From: Parcubacteria group bacterium GW2011_GWB1_45_10
Lineage (GTDB): Bacteria > Patescibacteriota > Minisyncoccia > UBA6257 > Brennerbacteraceae
DNA length: 43,543 nt
Reading direction: 5' to 3'
NCBI GenBank assembly: GCA_001001185.1
Contig: LCKC01000006.1
Coordinates: forward strand, 1-43,543
The notes beneath the pieces are model-generated. The model searched no databases and was not told the origin of the DNA. It was given only the letters and a program-made list of their open reading frames with translations. Below, piece after piece: positions 32,404-41,284 of this stretch. The first letter of the stretch is position 1. The number at the start of each line of letters is the position of its first letter. A program made the translations under genes and the position numbers.

Positions 32404-34926
32404 TTAAGAAAGTTTTTGAAAAACAGTTTTTTCGTTCTCTGTCAAAACCTTGACGCTGTCCCCGGATTTAAAGTTATCCTGAAGAATTTCTTTGGCCAAA
32501 GCGTCTTTGATTTCTTTGGCAATCACGCCACGCAAAGGCCGGGCGCCGAAAACCGGATCATAGCCAAGCCGAGCGACAAGCTCAACGACTTCATCACTAA
32601 ACTCCAGATTAATTTTTTGCGTCTGTAAAATCTGGGATTTGAGTTTTTCCAAATTGAGGCTGGCGATTTTCTTTATTTCTTCGCGACTCAACTGCCGGAA
32701 CGCAACGACGCCGTCAAAACGGTTCAAAAGCTCCGGCTTGAAAACTTCGGTCAGCTTGTTCTTTAGTTCATCCTGAAACTCCGGCACGCTCCGTCCTTTT
32801 TCTATCTCTTTTTTAATGAAGTTTGATTGGGCGTTTGAAGTACAGATGATAATCGTATTCCGGAAATCAACCCTGTCTCCAAGATTGTCGGTCAAACTGC
32901 CTTCGTCAAACAAAGGCAAAAACAGCTCAAGGATTTTAAGATTGGCTTTTTCAAACTCATCAAAAAGAATCAAAGAAAAAGGATTGAGTTTGGCTTTTTC
33001 CGTCAAGTTGCCGACAATCTTGCCGTCGGGCGAACCAATAAAGCTCCAAACGCTTTCTTCGGTTTGATACTCTGACATATCAAAACGAATCATGCTGTCC
33101 TCTGAACCGAAATAAAGCCCAGCCAAAACTTTTGCCAGTTCGGTTTTGCCGACGCCGGTCGGGCCGACAAAAAGAAACGCGGAGATCGGGCCTTTTTCCC
33201 GCGCCAGTCCGGTCCGGTACTGCCTCATTGCCGAAGCCACCAGCTTCACGGCCTCTTCCTGATTGATTAATTTTTCATGAATCTTGGCTTCAAGATTCAA
33301 TAAAGTTGAAGCTTCAAAATCTTTGGCATTGGAGATCGGAATTCTGGTTTTTCGGGAAACCAGGTCAACCGCCATCTCCGGGGTCAGGATTTTTTTGTTT
33401 TGCTGTTTAGCCTGGGCCAAAGCTTCCTGCAATAAATCCAAAGAGACTCTCGGCAAAGGCCTTGAGTGAAGATAACGAAACGCCAGTTCCGTAATTTTTT
33501 TCAAAGCCGGGTAAGAAATAACTATGTTCCAGGTTTTTTCCAGAATGAAGCTCTCAAAAACCAAAAGCCTCAGGGTTTCTTCCGGCGACAATTCTTCAAC
33601 TTTCACGGTTTCAAACAAATCTTTAAACCTCGGGTTCAGTTCAATAATCTGGCGGTAAAGCCTCGGCGAGGTCGTGCCGACAACCGGAATGACGGAAGCG
33701 TTCAAAATCGGCTCCAAAGCTTCAAAGCCGCCAAGCTCGTTTTTAGCGGAAGTCAAAGCCAGATTATGAATGTCGCGGATGAAAAGAACAATGTTTTTGG
33801 CGTCAACCGCTTCAAGCATCATTTTTCTGAATCTTTCCTGGATCTCGCCCGAAGTTGAGGCCCCGGAAGTAACTTTGGTCAGCTCAAGCTCAACCAGCCT
33901 TTTGTCAAACAGCTTGTCTGGCACATTGTCTTTAATGATGTTCAACGCCAGGTGCTCAACCATGGCGGATTTGCCAATCTCTTCGTCGCCGACCAAAATA
34001 ACATTGTTTCGCTGCTCCCGGGAAAGAATGTTCGTCATTGATTGGTATTCATTCTGGTGGCCGATTAAAAACCCAATCCAGCCTTTTCTGGCAATCTCAG
34101 TCAGGTCATTGCTTAAATTATCCAGGTATGGCGTCGGCCTTGAGGTCCAGGCACGGTTGACTCTTGTCGGTTTTTCAACTTTTCCCGAGGCTAAGGCCCG
34201 GCGTTTAAGCAAACGGGCGCCGATCTCTCTTGAGATCTTTTCCGCGATTAACGAATTTTTCAGGTCGCTGATTGTCAGTCCGGTTTTGGAGATCAACTCT
34301 TTCATTTCCTGAGTTTTCTGCGAAAGCGCGGCAATGAAAACGCTTTCCGGGCTGACCACGGTTTCATTAAACTCCATTGCCAGATTAAAAGATTGCTCGT
34401 AGATTTTTTCAAGCTCATCAATCAAGGATTGTTTAAGATTGTCGGTATAAACCGGATCCAGGGCTGATTTTGAAGTTTCCTGGATCATTTTCTCTGTTTC
34501 TTTCTCAAACAAAGACGGCTCAACGCCGATTCGCTGAACGATCCTGCGAATCCGTTTTTTTGACAAAAGCTCGCTCAAAACGAAAAACAGCAAAGAGCCG
34601 GCTTTGGCGGTTTCGGCGCGGTTGAAAGCGGTTTTTAAAACCAGAAAACTTTCAAGTTTGAAAAACTTGTTAAGCTCGATGGAAACGCCGGATTTCAGAT
34701 TTTTTATCACCCTTGAATCAATCCGATGCTCGCCGGAAAAAATCCGCCAAAAACTGTCGGCAAAGAAAAACAAAATCAAAGCGCCGCCGAGCTTCAGGTT
34801 CAAGCCGGGTCCGGAAACCAGAATCAAACCGCAGATCAAAAGGAACGCGCCAATGCAGTAAAAAACCACGTCCGCCAAAAAACGCTCAAACCTTGATAAA
34901 GAAAAATATTGCCTGTCAAAAAACAT
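32404..34926 (-). CDS. membrane-anchored double-AAA+ Clp/Hsp100-family ATPase (ClpB/ClpC-like)
   Basis: 840 aa. Two N-terminal TM helices and a Clp_N-like repeat. D1 has Walker A GDEEIGKS but Walker B reads FIRDIH. D2 has GPTGVGKT and ILFDEFEKA. Confidence 0.8.
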   Translation of the reverse strand: MFFDRQYFSLSRFERFLADVVFYCIGAFLLICGLILVSGPGLNLKLGGALILFFFADSFWRIFSGEHRIDSRVIKNLKSGVSIELNKFFKLESFLVLKTAFNRAETAKAGSLLFFVLSELLSKKRIRRIVQRIGVEPSLFEKETEKMIQETSKSALDPVYTDNLKQSLIDELEKIYEQSFNLAMEFNETVVSPESVFIAALSQKTQEMKELISKTGLTISDLKNSLIAEKISREIGARLLKRRALASGKVEKPTRVNRAWTSRPTPYLDNLSNDLTEIARKGWIGFLIGHQNEYQSMTNILSREQRNNVILVGDEEIGKSAMVEHLALNIIKDNVPDKLFDKRLVELELTKVTSGASTSGEIQERFRKMMLEAVDAKNIVLFIRDIHNLALTSAKNELGGFEALEPILNASVIPVVGTTSPRLYRQIIELNPRFKDLFETVKVEELSPEETLRLLVFESFILEKTWNIVISYPALKKITELAFRYLHSRPLPRVSLDLLQEALAQAKQQNKKILTPEMAVDLVSRKTRIPISNAKDFEASTLLNLEAKIHEKLINQEEAVKLVASAMRQYRTGLAREKGPISAFLFVGPTGVGKTELAKVLAGLYFGSEDSMIRFDMSEYQTEESVWSFIGSPDGKIVGNLTEKAKLNPFSLILFDEFEKANLKILELFLPLFDEGSLTDNLGDRVDFRNTIIICTSNAQSNFIKKEIEKGRSVPEFQDELKNKLTEVFKPELLNRFDGVVAFRQLSREEIKKIASLNLEKLKSQILQTQKINLEFSDEVVELVARLGYDPVFGARPLRGVIAKEIKDALAKEILQDNFKSGDSVKVLTENEKTVFQKLS

Positions 34927-34929
34927 AAA

Positions 34930-35271
34930 TTAAGGTTGTTTAAAAATCAAAAAAATCGCGGCGGGCAAAACCAAAATCCAGCCAAGCCAAAGAAAAAATG
35001 CCAGCAAAAGAATCAGGGAATAAACCGCGACGCCGGAAAAAATTCTCAAACTCCGCAAAATCGGACCAAGAATCCGGCCAACCGGCGAATAATCTCCATA
35101 CAAAGGCTGAAGCCAAAGCCGGGCATTGATTAAAACCGCAAAGTTTTTGTCCAGCGTTCCCAAAAAATAAAACACCAAAGACCAGAACTGGTTTGAGCGC
35201 TCAAAATACCACCGTCGAAAAAAACAGATGAGTTCGTGGAAAAATTGCTTCAAAATAAAAGAAAACATCAA
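34930..35271 (-). CDS. small integral membrane protein
   Basis: 113 aa, 2-3 hydrophobic helices. Separated by a 3-nt gap from the Clp-like gene and a 19-nt gap from the EndoQ-like gene. Confidence 0.55.
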   Translation of the reverse strand: MMFSFILKQFFHELICFFRRWYFERSNQFWSLVFYFLGTLDKNFAVLINARLWLQPLYGDYSPVGRILGPILRSLRIFSGVAVYSLILLLAFFLWLGWILVLPAAIFLIFKQP

Positions 35272-35290
35272 AGAATTATAACACTGAGCG

Positions 35291-36568
35291 TTAAAAAAGA
35301 GACTTTTGTGTTGTCAGACTTTCGCGTTCGCCATCACCAAAAATGCTGATTTTGCCGTACTCGCCGTCATAGCCCGGCTCAAGCCTAACCTTACCCTGGC
35401 GAATGCGAATGACTGCTTCGGCAATCTGCGGCAAAAGATTTTGTTTTAAATCAGACTCTTTCATTTCAAGCAAAACATACAATTCCGGCGCAACGCTTTT
35501 GACGATTTCTTCGTACTGAAACCAGACGCCCTTGGTGTTTTTGCTGACACCTAAGGCATCGGCAATAATCTCGTCAAAAGGCACGGTGCTCAAGTATGAT
35601 TTTGCCCATGAGGGCTTGAATCCCTGCGGTCTTGATTTATCGGCCAGTTCATCAACTCTGGCCATGACCCCGACAGTCACGGGCTTGCCGCATTTCGGAC
35701 AAAGACCTTTATTATTTTTCGTTTCTTCCGGCGACAAGCTGGTTTTGCACGCCGCGTGGCCGTCGTAATGGTACCGGCCTTCTTCAGGAAACATTTCCAC
35801 GGTGCCAAAAAGCCGGTTGTCTCTGGTTTTCAAAGCTTGCATCATCTCAAAATAAGACAGCTCGCAGTCAAACACTGTCGCTTCCCGGCCGATTCGCGGC
35901 AAAGAATGCGAATCAGAACTGGAAATAATCGCTTTGTTATCCAAAAACGGAATGCGCCAGTTCATCTCCGGGCTTGAAGACAACCCGGTTTCAATGGCAA
36001 AAATCTGCGGTTCCAGCTCGTCAAAACATTCCCGCAAAGAATCAAACCCGGATTTTGAACCGAAGACGCCGAACCACGGCGTCCAGACATGAGCCGGAAT
36101 CAAAGCGCAGTCTTTGTCAGTTTCCAATAAAATCTTGAACAGCTCTTTTGAATCAATACCGATAATCGGTCGGCCGTCAGACGCCAGCTTGCCGACCCAG
36201 GAAAGTTTGGCATTGATTTTTTCCACATCTTCAATCGTCGGCGCGTAAACCAGATGATGGACCCTTCTGACGCGGCCGTTTTTTGAATAAATGCAGGAAA
36301 TTTCGCCGGACAGAACAAACCTGGTTTTTTCCTGGTCAAAAGGCTGTTTTGAATCGCAGAACTTTTTTTTCAGCTTGAACAAACCTGGTTCTGCCGGCTC
36401 TAATTTGTTTTTAATCTCGGAAAACCAAGTTGGGTGAGTGAAGTCGCCGGTGCCAAGAACTTGCAGGCCCTTTTTAACACCCCACAAAGCCAGGTTTTCC
36501 AAAACCATCTGCGGGCTGACGGCCCGGGCGTATTTTGAATGAATCTCAATGTCGGCGTAAAACTTCAT
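35291..36568 (-). CDS. endonuclease Q-like PHP-domain protein
   Basis: 425 aa. The N-terminus is ADIEIHSKYARAVS...LGTGDFTHPTWF. It also has a C-terminal Zn-finger, CPKCGKPVTVGVMARVDELA. Confidence 0.7.
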   Translation of the reverse strand: MKFYADIEIHSKYARAVSPQMVLENLALWGVKKGLQVLGTGDFTHPTWFSEIKNKLEPAEPGLFKLKKKFCDSKQPFDQEKTRFVLSGEISCIYSKNGRVRRVHHLVYAPTIEDVEKINAKLSWVGKLASDGRPIIGIDSKELFKILLETDKDCALIPAHVWTPWFGVFGSKSGFDSLRECFDELEPQIFAIETGLSSSPEMNWRIPFLDNKAIISSSDSHSLPRIGREATVFDCELSYFEMMQALKTRDNRLFGTVEMFPEEGRYHYDGHAACKTSLSPEETKNNKGLCPKCGKPVTVGVMARVDELADKSRPQGFKPSWAKSYLSTVPFDEIIADALGVSKNTKGVWFQYEEIVKSVAPELYVLLEMKESDLKQNLLPQIAEAVIRIRQGKVRLEPGYDGEYGKISIFGDGERESLTTQKSLF

Positions 36569-36615
36569 CCCGTTAGAATAACATATATAAAAATAACGAC
36601 TACTTCTAACGGGAT
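36567..36615. repeat. leader element, minimal copy (12-bp inverted arms, 25-nt loop)
   Basis: ATCCCGTTAGAA (36567-36578) and TTCTAACGGGAT (36604-36615). The left arm overlaps the ATG of the EndoQ-like gene. Confidence 0.85.
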
Positions 36616-36676
36616 TTATTAACGTATTTTACCTCCACACTTACCTTTTAGTAAACGTGTGAATTTACACCTTTTG

Positions 36677-36748
36677 TGCCCCCAGGAAGAATCGAACTCC
36701 CAACTCAAGCTCCGGAAGCTTGCATTATATCCATTTAACTATGGAGGC
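36677..36748 (-). tRNA. tRNA-Arg (CCG)
   Basis: Acceptor GCCTCCA/TGGGGGC (one G-U pair), anticodon arm CAAGC-TTCCGGA-GCTTG, T loop TTCGATT. Confidence 0.9.
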
Positions 36749-36767
36749 TTTTGTTTCACTTTACTCC

Positions 36768-37445
36768 TTATTTTTCCGCCAGCTCGACCAGTTTTCTGGC
36801 AAAGTTAATCTGGAACAAAAACTCTTCCGGCCCGAGATAAACGACGTACTGACCGACCATTTTCGTATCCCCGTAAAGTCCGGAAAATCCTCTTTTGACG
36901 ACTTTAATTCTCTGGCTGACGCCGGGCATGAAAACCGCGCTGGTTTTTTTATGATGAAAATAATGCTTGTTCATCGCCGGCTCAATCAAATAACCGCTGG
37001 CTTCAAAAACCCCGGAATTAATCAGCTCGGTTTTTGACTTAAACCCCCGTTCACCAGTGTAAGCGTGGGAAAAACCGATTAAAGACGTCAGGTAAACTTC
37101 TTTTCCCCTGGCGCCGATAACCATGTCAAATTTCTGCGACTCAATCGCTTCAGCCAAACGGTCAAAATGTTCGGTTTTAAAGTTTACCAGATCGGCGTCA
37201 ATAAAAACAATGGCTTCGTTTTTCGCCGCTTTCAAGCCCGAAAGCATAGCCCTGGCTTTGCCCTGATTTTTTTGATGTCTGACCAGTTTCGCGCCTTTAA
37301 TGTTTTTCAAAACCTCTTCAGTCTCAAATTTTGAACCGTCGTCAACAATAATAATCTCCTGACAGCGTTTTGACAAACGGACCGCGTCAACCACTGGCTT
37401 GATGTATTTGCCGTCGTTAAAACAAGGAATAATCGCGGAAACCAT
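36768..37445 (-). CDS. family 2 glycosyltransferase
   Basis: Motifs IIPCFNDG and IIIVDDGS. ATG 37445 (MVSAIIP) is preferred, since it lies 1 nt after the upstream stop codon. Confidence 0.85.
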   Translation of the reverse strand: MVSAIIPCFNDGKYIKPVVDAVRLSKRCQEIIIVDDGSKFETEEVLKNIKGAKLVRHQKNQGKARAMLSGLKAAKNEAIVFIDADLVNFKTEHFDRLAEAIESQKFDMVIGARGKEVYLTSLIGFSHAYTGERGFKSKTELINSGVFEASGYLIEPAMNKHYFHHKKTSAVFMPGVSQRIKVVKRGFSGLYGDTKMVGQYVVYLGPEEFLFQINFARKLVELAEK

Positions 37446-37446
37446 T

Positions 37447-38622
37447 TTAAAAGTTGAAATAAAGACTGAAAGCCCCGCCAAGAACCATGACTGCGACCGC
37501 AAACACCACCAAGGCTTTCGGCGCGCGGACAATCTGGAACTGATAGCCCGGGTTTCTGATTTTCAGCGCCGCGTAAACCTTTGCCAAAAGCACTGAATCA
37601 AGCGCCACTAGCAAAGCGCCCAAAAAGCCCATGACTTTTAGAAAATCGCTCGCGCCGAAAAAAAATATTGAGAGCGGCAAGGCTCCGACCAAAAACTTAG
37701 CGGGAAGTTTTGAAAAATTAAAATCTTTCCTCAAGGTTTCGACAGTGTTGATGCCAAAACCAAGATAAGAGGTCAATATCTCAAGAAAAGCCAGTAAAAC
37801 CCCCAAAAAAACAAGATTTTGCGGCAAAATCCCGGAAAGCCCGGCAATCGCTTCCTTAGTCGTATGCTGACCGCTGGCGCCGAAAATCGAAAAAGCGAAA
37901 AACAGATAAATCAGGCCGGGAATCAAAGTTCCCCAGATGACAATCGGCTTAATCAATTTTTTGTCCTGTTTTTCAACCTCAAGAAACTTCAGAATCTCGG
38001 GAATAATCAATGAGCCGACCAAAGAAAAAAGAACCAGGCCGAAAGGAAAGAAAAAACTTTCTTCGGGCTTGATCAAAAAACTGACTGGATTGATTTTCAA
38101 AGAAGCAAAACCGCTGATGATTAAAAACAAAAACAGAGTAAGGATAGTGATAAAAAAGTTTATCTTGGCGGAAAGGTTTATTTTTAAAGCCACCAAGGCC
38201 GACATTGCCAGACCAAAAATCAGAGTAATGCTTTTGTCCAAATCCAGACCCCAAAATCCGTTAAAACCCGCCAAAAACGGCTTGAGCAAAAGTTCAAAAA
38301 AATGCGACCCCAAAAGCAGGTAAACCAGCAAGCTGCCAAAAACGCCGAAAACAAAAGAGGTTTTGGCAACCAGCCCGGGAACTTTGCCAAGATAGAGACT
38401 GACGTAACCCGGAAAACGGTGGCGGGTCGGCGTTGCCAAAACCACTTCGGCATAAAAAAGATGAAGCAAAGTAACGAAAAAAATCAAAAACAAAAGCCAG
38501 AACAGATTTGACCAGATTCCGGCCTTCAAAAAAGAATAGGGCAAAGTCAGATAGCCCGCGCCAATGATTGTTCCGATCAGTAAAAAAGTACCTTCGAAAA
38601 ATGCCAGCTTTTTGTTAAGCAT
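37447..38622 (-). CDS. amino-acid permease-like transporter (aromatic amino acid/Aa_trans-like)
   Basis: About 11 TM helices and the N-terminal block GTIIGAGYLTLPYSF. The ATG at 38622 is preferred over the TTG at 38643. Confidence 0.7.
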   Translation of the reverse strand: MLNKKLAFFEGTFLLIGTIIGAGYLTLPYSFLKAGIWSNLFWLLFLIFFVTLLHLFYAEVVLATPTRHRFPGYVSLYLGKVPGLVAKTSFVFGVFGSLLVYLLLGSHFFELLLKPFLAGFNGFWGLDLDKSITLIFGLAMSALVALKINLSAKINFFITILTLFLFLIISGFASLKINPVSFLIKPEESFFFPFGLVLFSLVGSLIIPEILKFLEVEKQDKKLIKPIVIWGTLIPGLIYLFFAFSIFGASGQHTTKEAIAGLSGILPQNLVFLGVLLAFLEILTSYLGFGINTVETLRKDFNFSKLPAKFLVGALPLSIFFFGASDFLKVMGFLGALLVALDSVLLAKVYAALKIRNPGYQFQIVRAPKALVVFAVAVMVLGGAFSLYFNF

Positions 38623-38649
38623 CTTAAAAACAACCTTTTTCAAAACAGG

Positions 38650-38895
38650 CTAAGCCAGAAACACTTCGTCGCCTTCGTCGACTTCCTGCGAAACCTTGAT
38701 GCCGACGTCGTCGCCTTTCTTGGCTTTGGCAACCTGCTCGTGGTTTATCTGGATTGAATCAATCGTCTGGGTAAACTCGGTTTTTTTGCCTTTGAACAAA
38801 ACCGTGTCCCCGACTTTAAGCTCGCTCACCAGAGCCAGGATGGCCACGCCTATTTTCCCGTAAATATGGATAACTGTGCCGATTTTTTTAGCCAT
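38650..38895 (-). CDS. EF-Tu domain-2-like small beta-barrel protein
   Basis: 81 aa. The KVGDTVLFKG...KKGDDVGIKV...EGDEVF pattern is typical of translation-factor domain II barrels. Confidence 0.55.
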   Translation of the reverse strand: MAKKIGTVIHIYGKIGVAILALVSELKVGDTVLFKGKKTEFTQTIDSIQINHEQVAKAKKGDDVGIKVSQEVDEGDEVFLA

Positions 38896-38927
38896 AGTTT
38901 CGACTTAAATCATTATACCACCTGTTC

Positions 38928-39332
38928 TCAAGCCAGAAACACCTGGTCGCCTTCTCTGACTCTTTTGGGAACTTTTAAACCAATGCTCTTGCCTTTGGGG
39001 GCTTTTTTAACCTGGACATGGTCAATCTGCATTGAAGAAACTGTTTGCGAAAAATCAGTTGTCGCTCCCTGAAAATTAATCTTCTGCCCCAAAGACAAGG
39101 GCGAACCCAGCTTCAAAACCGCGACTTTAATGTGGTTGAAGTAGTGCGTCACCTTGCCGATTTTTTTCAGCCTGGCTGTTTTTACAACGCCGTAGGCTCT
39201 TGCGGAGCGAGCCAACTTTGTTTTTTTAACCTTCTTCGCCGGAACTTTTGATTTTCTGGATTTGACAGGCTTTTTCCTGGCAGTGGTTTTCTTTTTAACC
39301 GGCGTTTTTTTCTTTTTTATTGTTTTTTTCAT
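38928..39332 (-). CDS. paralogous beta-barrel protein with a Lys-rich (H1-like) N-terminal tail
   Basis: 134 aa from the ATG at 39332. The first ~55 aa are rich in K, R, P and T. The C-terminal ~80 aa align with 38650..38895 (SLGQKINFQG...PKGKSIGLKV...EGDQVFLA). Confidence 0.55.
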   Translation of the reverse strand: MKKTIKKKKTPVKKKTTARKKPVKSRKSKVPAKKVKKTKLARSARAYGVVKTARLKKIGKVTHYFNHIKVAVLKLGSPLSLGQKINFQGATTDFSQTVSSMQIDHVQVKKAPKGKSIGLKVPKRVREGDQVFLA

Positions 39333-39358
39333 TTTCTTGTTTTTTATTCCCAAATTTT

Positions 39359-40039
39359 TTAAAAATCAGCGCGACCGGACTTTTCAAACTCCTTGACTGA
39401 TTTTTGGATGATTTTGAACGCGCCTTCTGACCCGTCAACAAGATCGTAAAGTTTCATGTCTGACTGGTCAATCGCCTGGTACTTTTCAAAAAGAAAGTCA
39501 TTGATGTACTTTAACAGCGGCGTCCAGTAGTCGCGGCCAACCAGAACAATCGGCACGCGCCGGATTTTTTTGGTCTGAATCAGGGTAATCAGTTCAAAAA
39601 ACTCATCCAGGGTGCCAAAGCCTCCGGGGAAATAAACGTAAGCTTCGGCGGCGTAAGTCAGCATCACTTTCCGGGTGAAAAAATAATGGAAGTGCAAAAA
39701 ATCAGTCAAATATTTGTTTTCTTTTTGCTCCCGGGGCAGCTGAATGTTCAGACCGACAGACTTGGCGCCGGCTTCAAACGCGCCATGGTTGCCGGCTTCC
39801 ATGATTCCCGAAGCGCCGCCAGTAACCACGGCAAAGCCGTCTTTGCCAAGCAACCGACCGAGCTTTCTCGCTTCTTCGCACCAGGGATTGTTTTCGTCAA
39901 ACCTGGTTGAACCGAAAATCGTGACGCTTTTTTTGAAATCGACGATAAAACCGAAGCCGTCAACGAACTCAGCCATAATTCTGAAAATCCGCCACAAAAT
40001 CGTTTGCCTGAAATCAGGCAGATGGTTGTTGTTTCTCAT
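39359..40039 (-). CDS. LOG family (TIGR00730) nucleotide phosphoribohydrolase
   Basis: Motifs VTGGASGIMEA and PGGFGTLDEFFE. Confidence 0.85.
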   Translation of the reverse strand: MRNNNHLPDFRQTILWRIFRIMAEFVDGFGFIVDFKKSVTIFGSTRFDENNPWCEEARKLGRLLGKDGFAVVTGGASGIMEAGNHGAFEAGAKSVGLNIQLPREQKENKYLTDFLHFHYFFTRKVMLTYAAEAYVYFPGGFGTLDEFFELITLIQTKKIRRVPIVLVGRDYWTPLLKYINDFLFEKYQAIDQSDMKLYDLVDGSEGAFKIIQKSVKEFEKSGRADF

Positions 40040-40112
40040 GAAATTAATCTATGATATGCTTTAAAGACCGTACTCTTTTATCTTAAATCTAAAATCTTAA
40101 ATCTGCAAATAA

Positions 40113-40574
40113 ATGGTAATCAGCGCCGGATTGTTAATGTTCCACCGCGACCAAAAAAGACTGAAACTCTTCCTGATTCATCCGGGCGGGCCGTTTTGGG
40201 GCAAAAAAGAGCTTGGAATCTGGGCTATTCCAAAAGGCCAGGTTAACGACGGCGAAGATGTGTTTGAAGCCGCGAAAAGAGAGTTTTTTGAAGAAACCGG
40301 CATTCAGATTCCGGAAACAGAGTTCATTGACCTGGGTTTCATCAAGCTGAAAAGCGGCAAAAAAATTCACGCCTGGGCGTTTGAGGGCACGGGCTCTGAA
40401 CAGTTCATTAAAAGCATTGGGTTTGAAATTGAGTGGCCGCCAAAATCAGGCAAGCTGAAAAAATTCCCGGAAAACGACAAAGGCGGTTATTTTCCCCTGG
40501 AAGAACTCAAAGACAAAATCCATCCGCTTTACCTTGCGTTCATTGACCGGCTACTGGAAAAAATCAGGCTTTAA
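40113..40574 (+). CDS. NUDIX hydrolase
   Basis: Nudix box GQVNDGEDVFEAAKREFFEETGI. Confidence 0.85.
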   Translation: MVISAGLLMFHRDQKRLKLFLIHPGGPFWGKKELGIWAIPKGQVNDGEDVFEAAKREFFEETGIQIPETEFIDLGFIKLKSGKKIHAWAFEGTGSEQFIKSIGFEIEWPPKSGKLKKFPENDKGGYFPLEELKDKIHPLYLAFIDRLLEKIRL

Positions 40575-41151
40575 CTCTCCGGGATAAAATCTTCAAAGCC
40601 AAAGCTACTCTTTCATTAAGTTTCTGCGGATGAGACGGAAGTTTTTGGATGGCTTGTTTTATTTCTTTTTTTGAAAAACCAAGCGTCAGGAGCGCTTCTT
40701 CAACCTCAACGTCGGTATCAAAAATACCTGGGGACAGGCTGCCGGATTTGATTTTCTTTTCCAGTTCAAACACGATTCGTGACGCGGTTTTTTCGCCAAT
40801 GCCGACAACTTTATTCAAAAACTCGGCTTTCCCGTGGCGGATGGCGGATTTTATTTTTTCCACCGGCGCCGAACTTAAAACATTCAGCGCCGTCCGCGGC
40901 CCGATTTTGTCAACCGACGTCAAAAGCAAAAACATCTCTTTTTCCTCAACTGTTGAAAATCCGAAAATCTCAAACACGCCTTCCTGCTGTTTAAACTCAA
41001 GTCGGGTGAAAATCTTTATCTGCCCGCCCGGAGAGCCAACGCTCTTAAGCGTCTGGTCGGAAACAATAATCTCCCAGCCAACGCCATTGTTTTCAATAAC
41101 TATTTTCCCTTGGGATTTATTAACCAGCTTGCCTTGTAAAAAAGAAAACAT
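40564..41151 (-). CDS. ruvA: Holliday junction branch migration protein RuvA
   Basis: MFSFLQGKL N-terminus, HhH motifs (GIGEKTASRIV), and a C-terminal domain III. ATG 41151 is preferred. Confidence 0.9.
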   Translation of the reverse strand: MFSFLQGKLVNKSQGKIVIENNGVGWEIIVSDQTLKSVGSPGGQIKIFTRLEFKQQEGVFEIFGFSTVEEKEMFLLLTSVDKIGPRTALNVLSSAPVEKIKSAIRHGKAEFLNKVVGIGEKTASRIVFELEKKIKSGSLSPGIFDTDVEVEEALLTLGFSKKEIKQAIQKLPSHPQKLNERVALALKILSRRVKA

Positions 41152-41284
41152 GATTGTAAATTCAAAACGCAAAAATCAAATATCAAAATGAAAATTAAAA
41201 ATTCAAGATGAGGTTACTTTTGAATTCTACTCTGTCATTTTGCTCTTTGAGATTTGATGTTTGATTTGTTAACATCATTTTATC

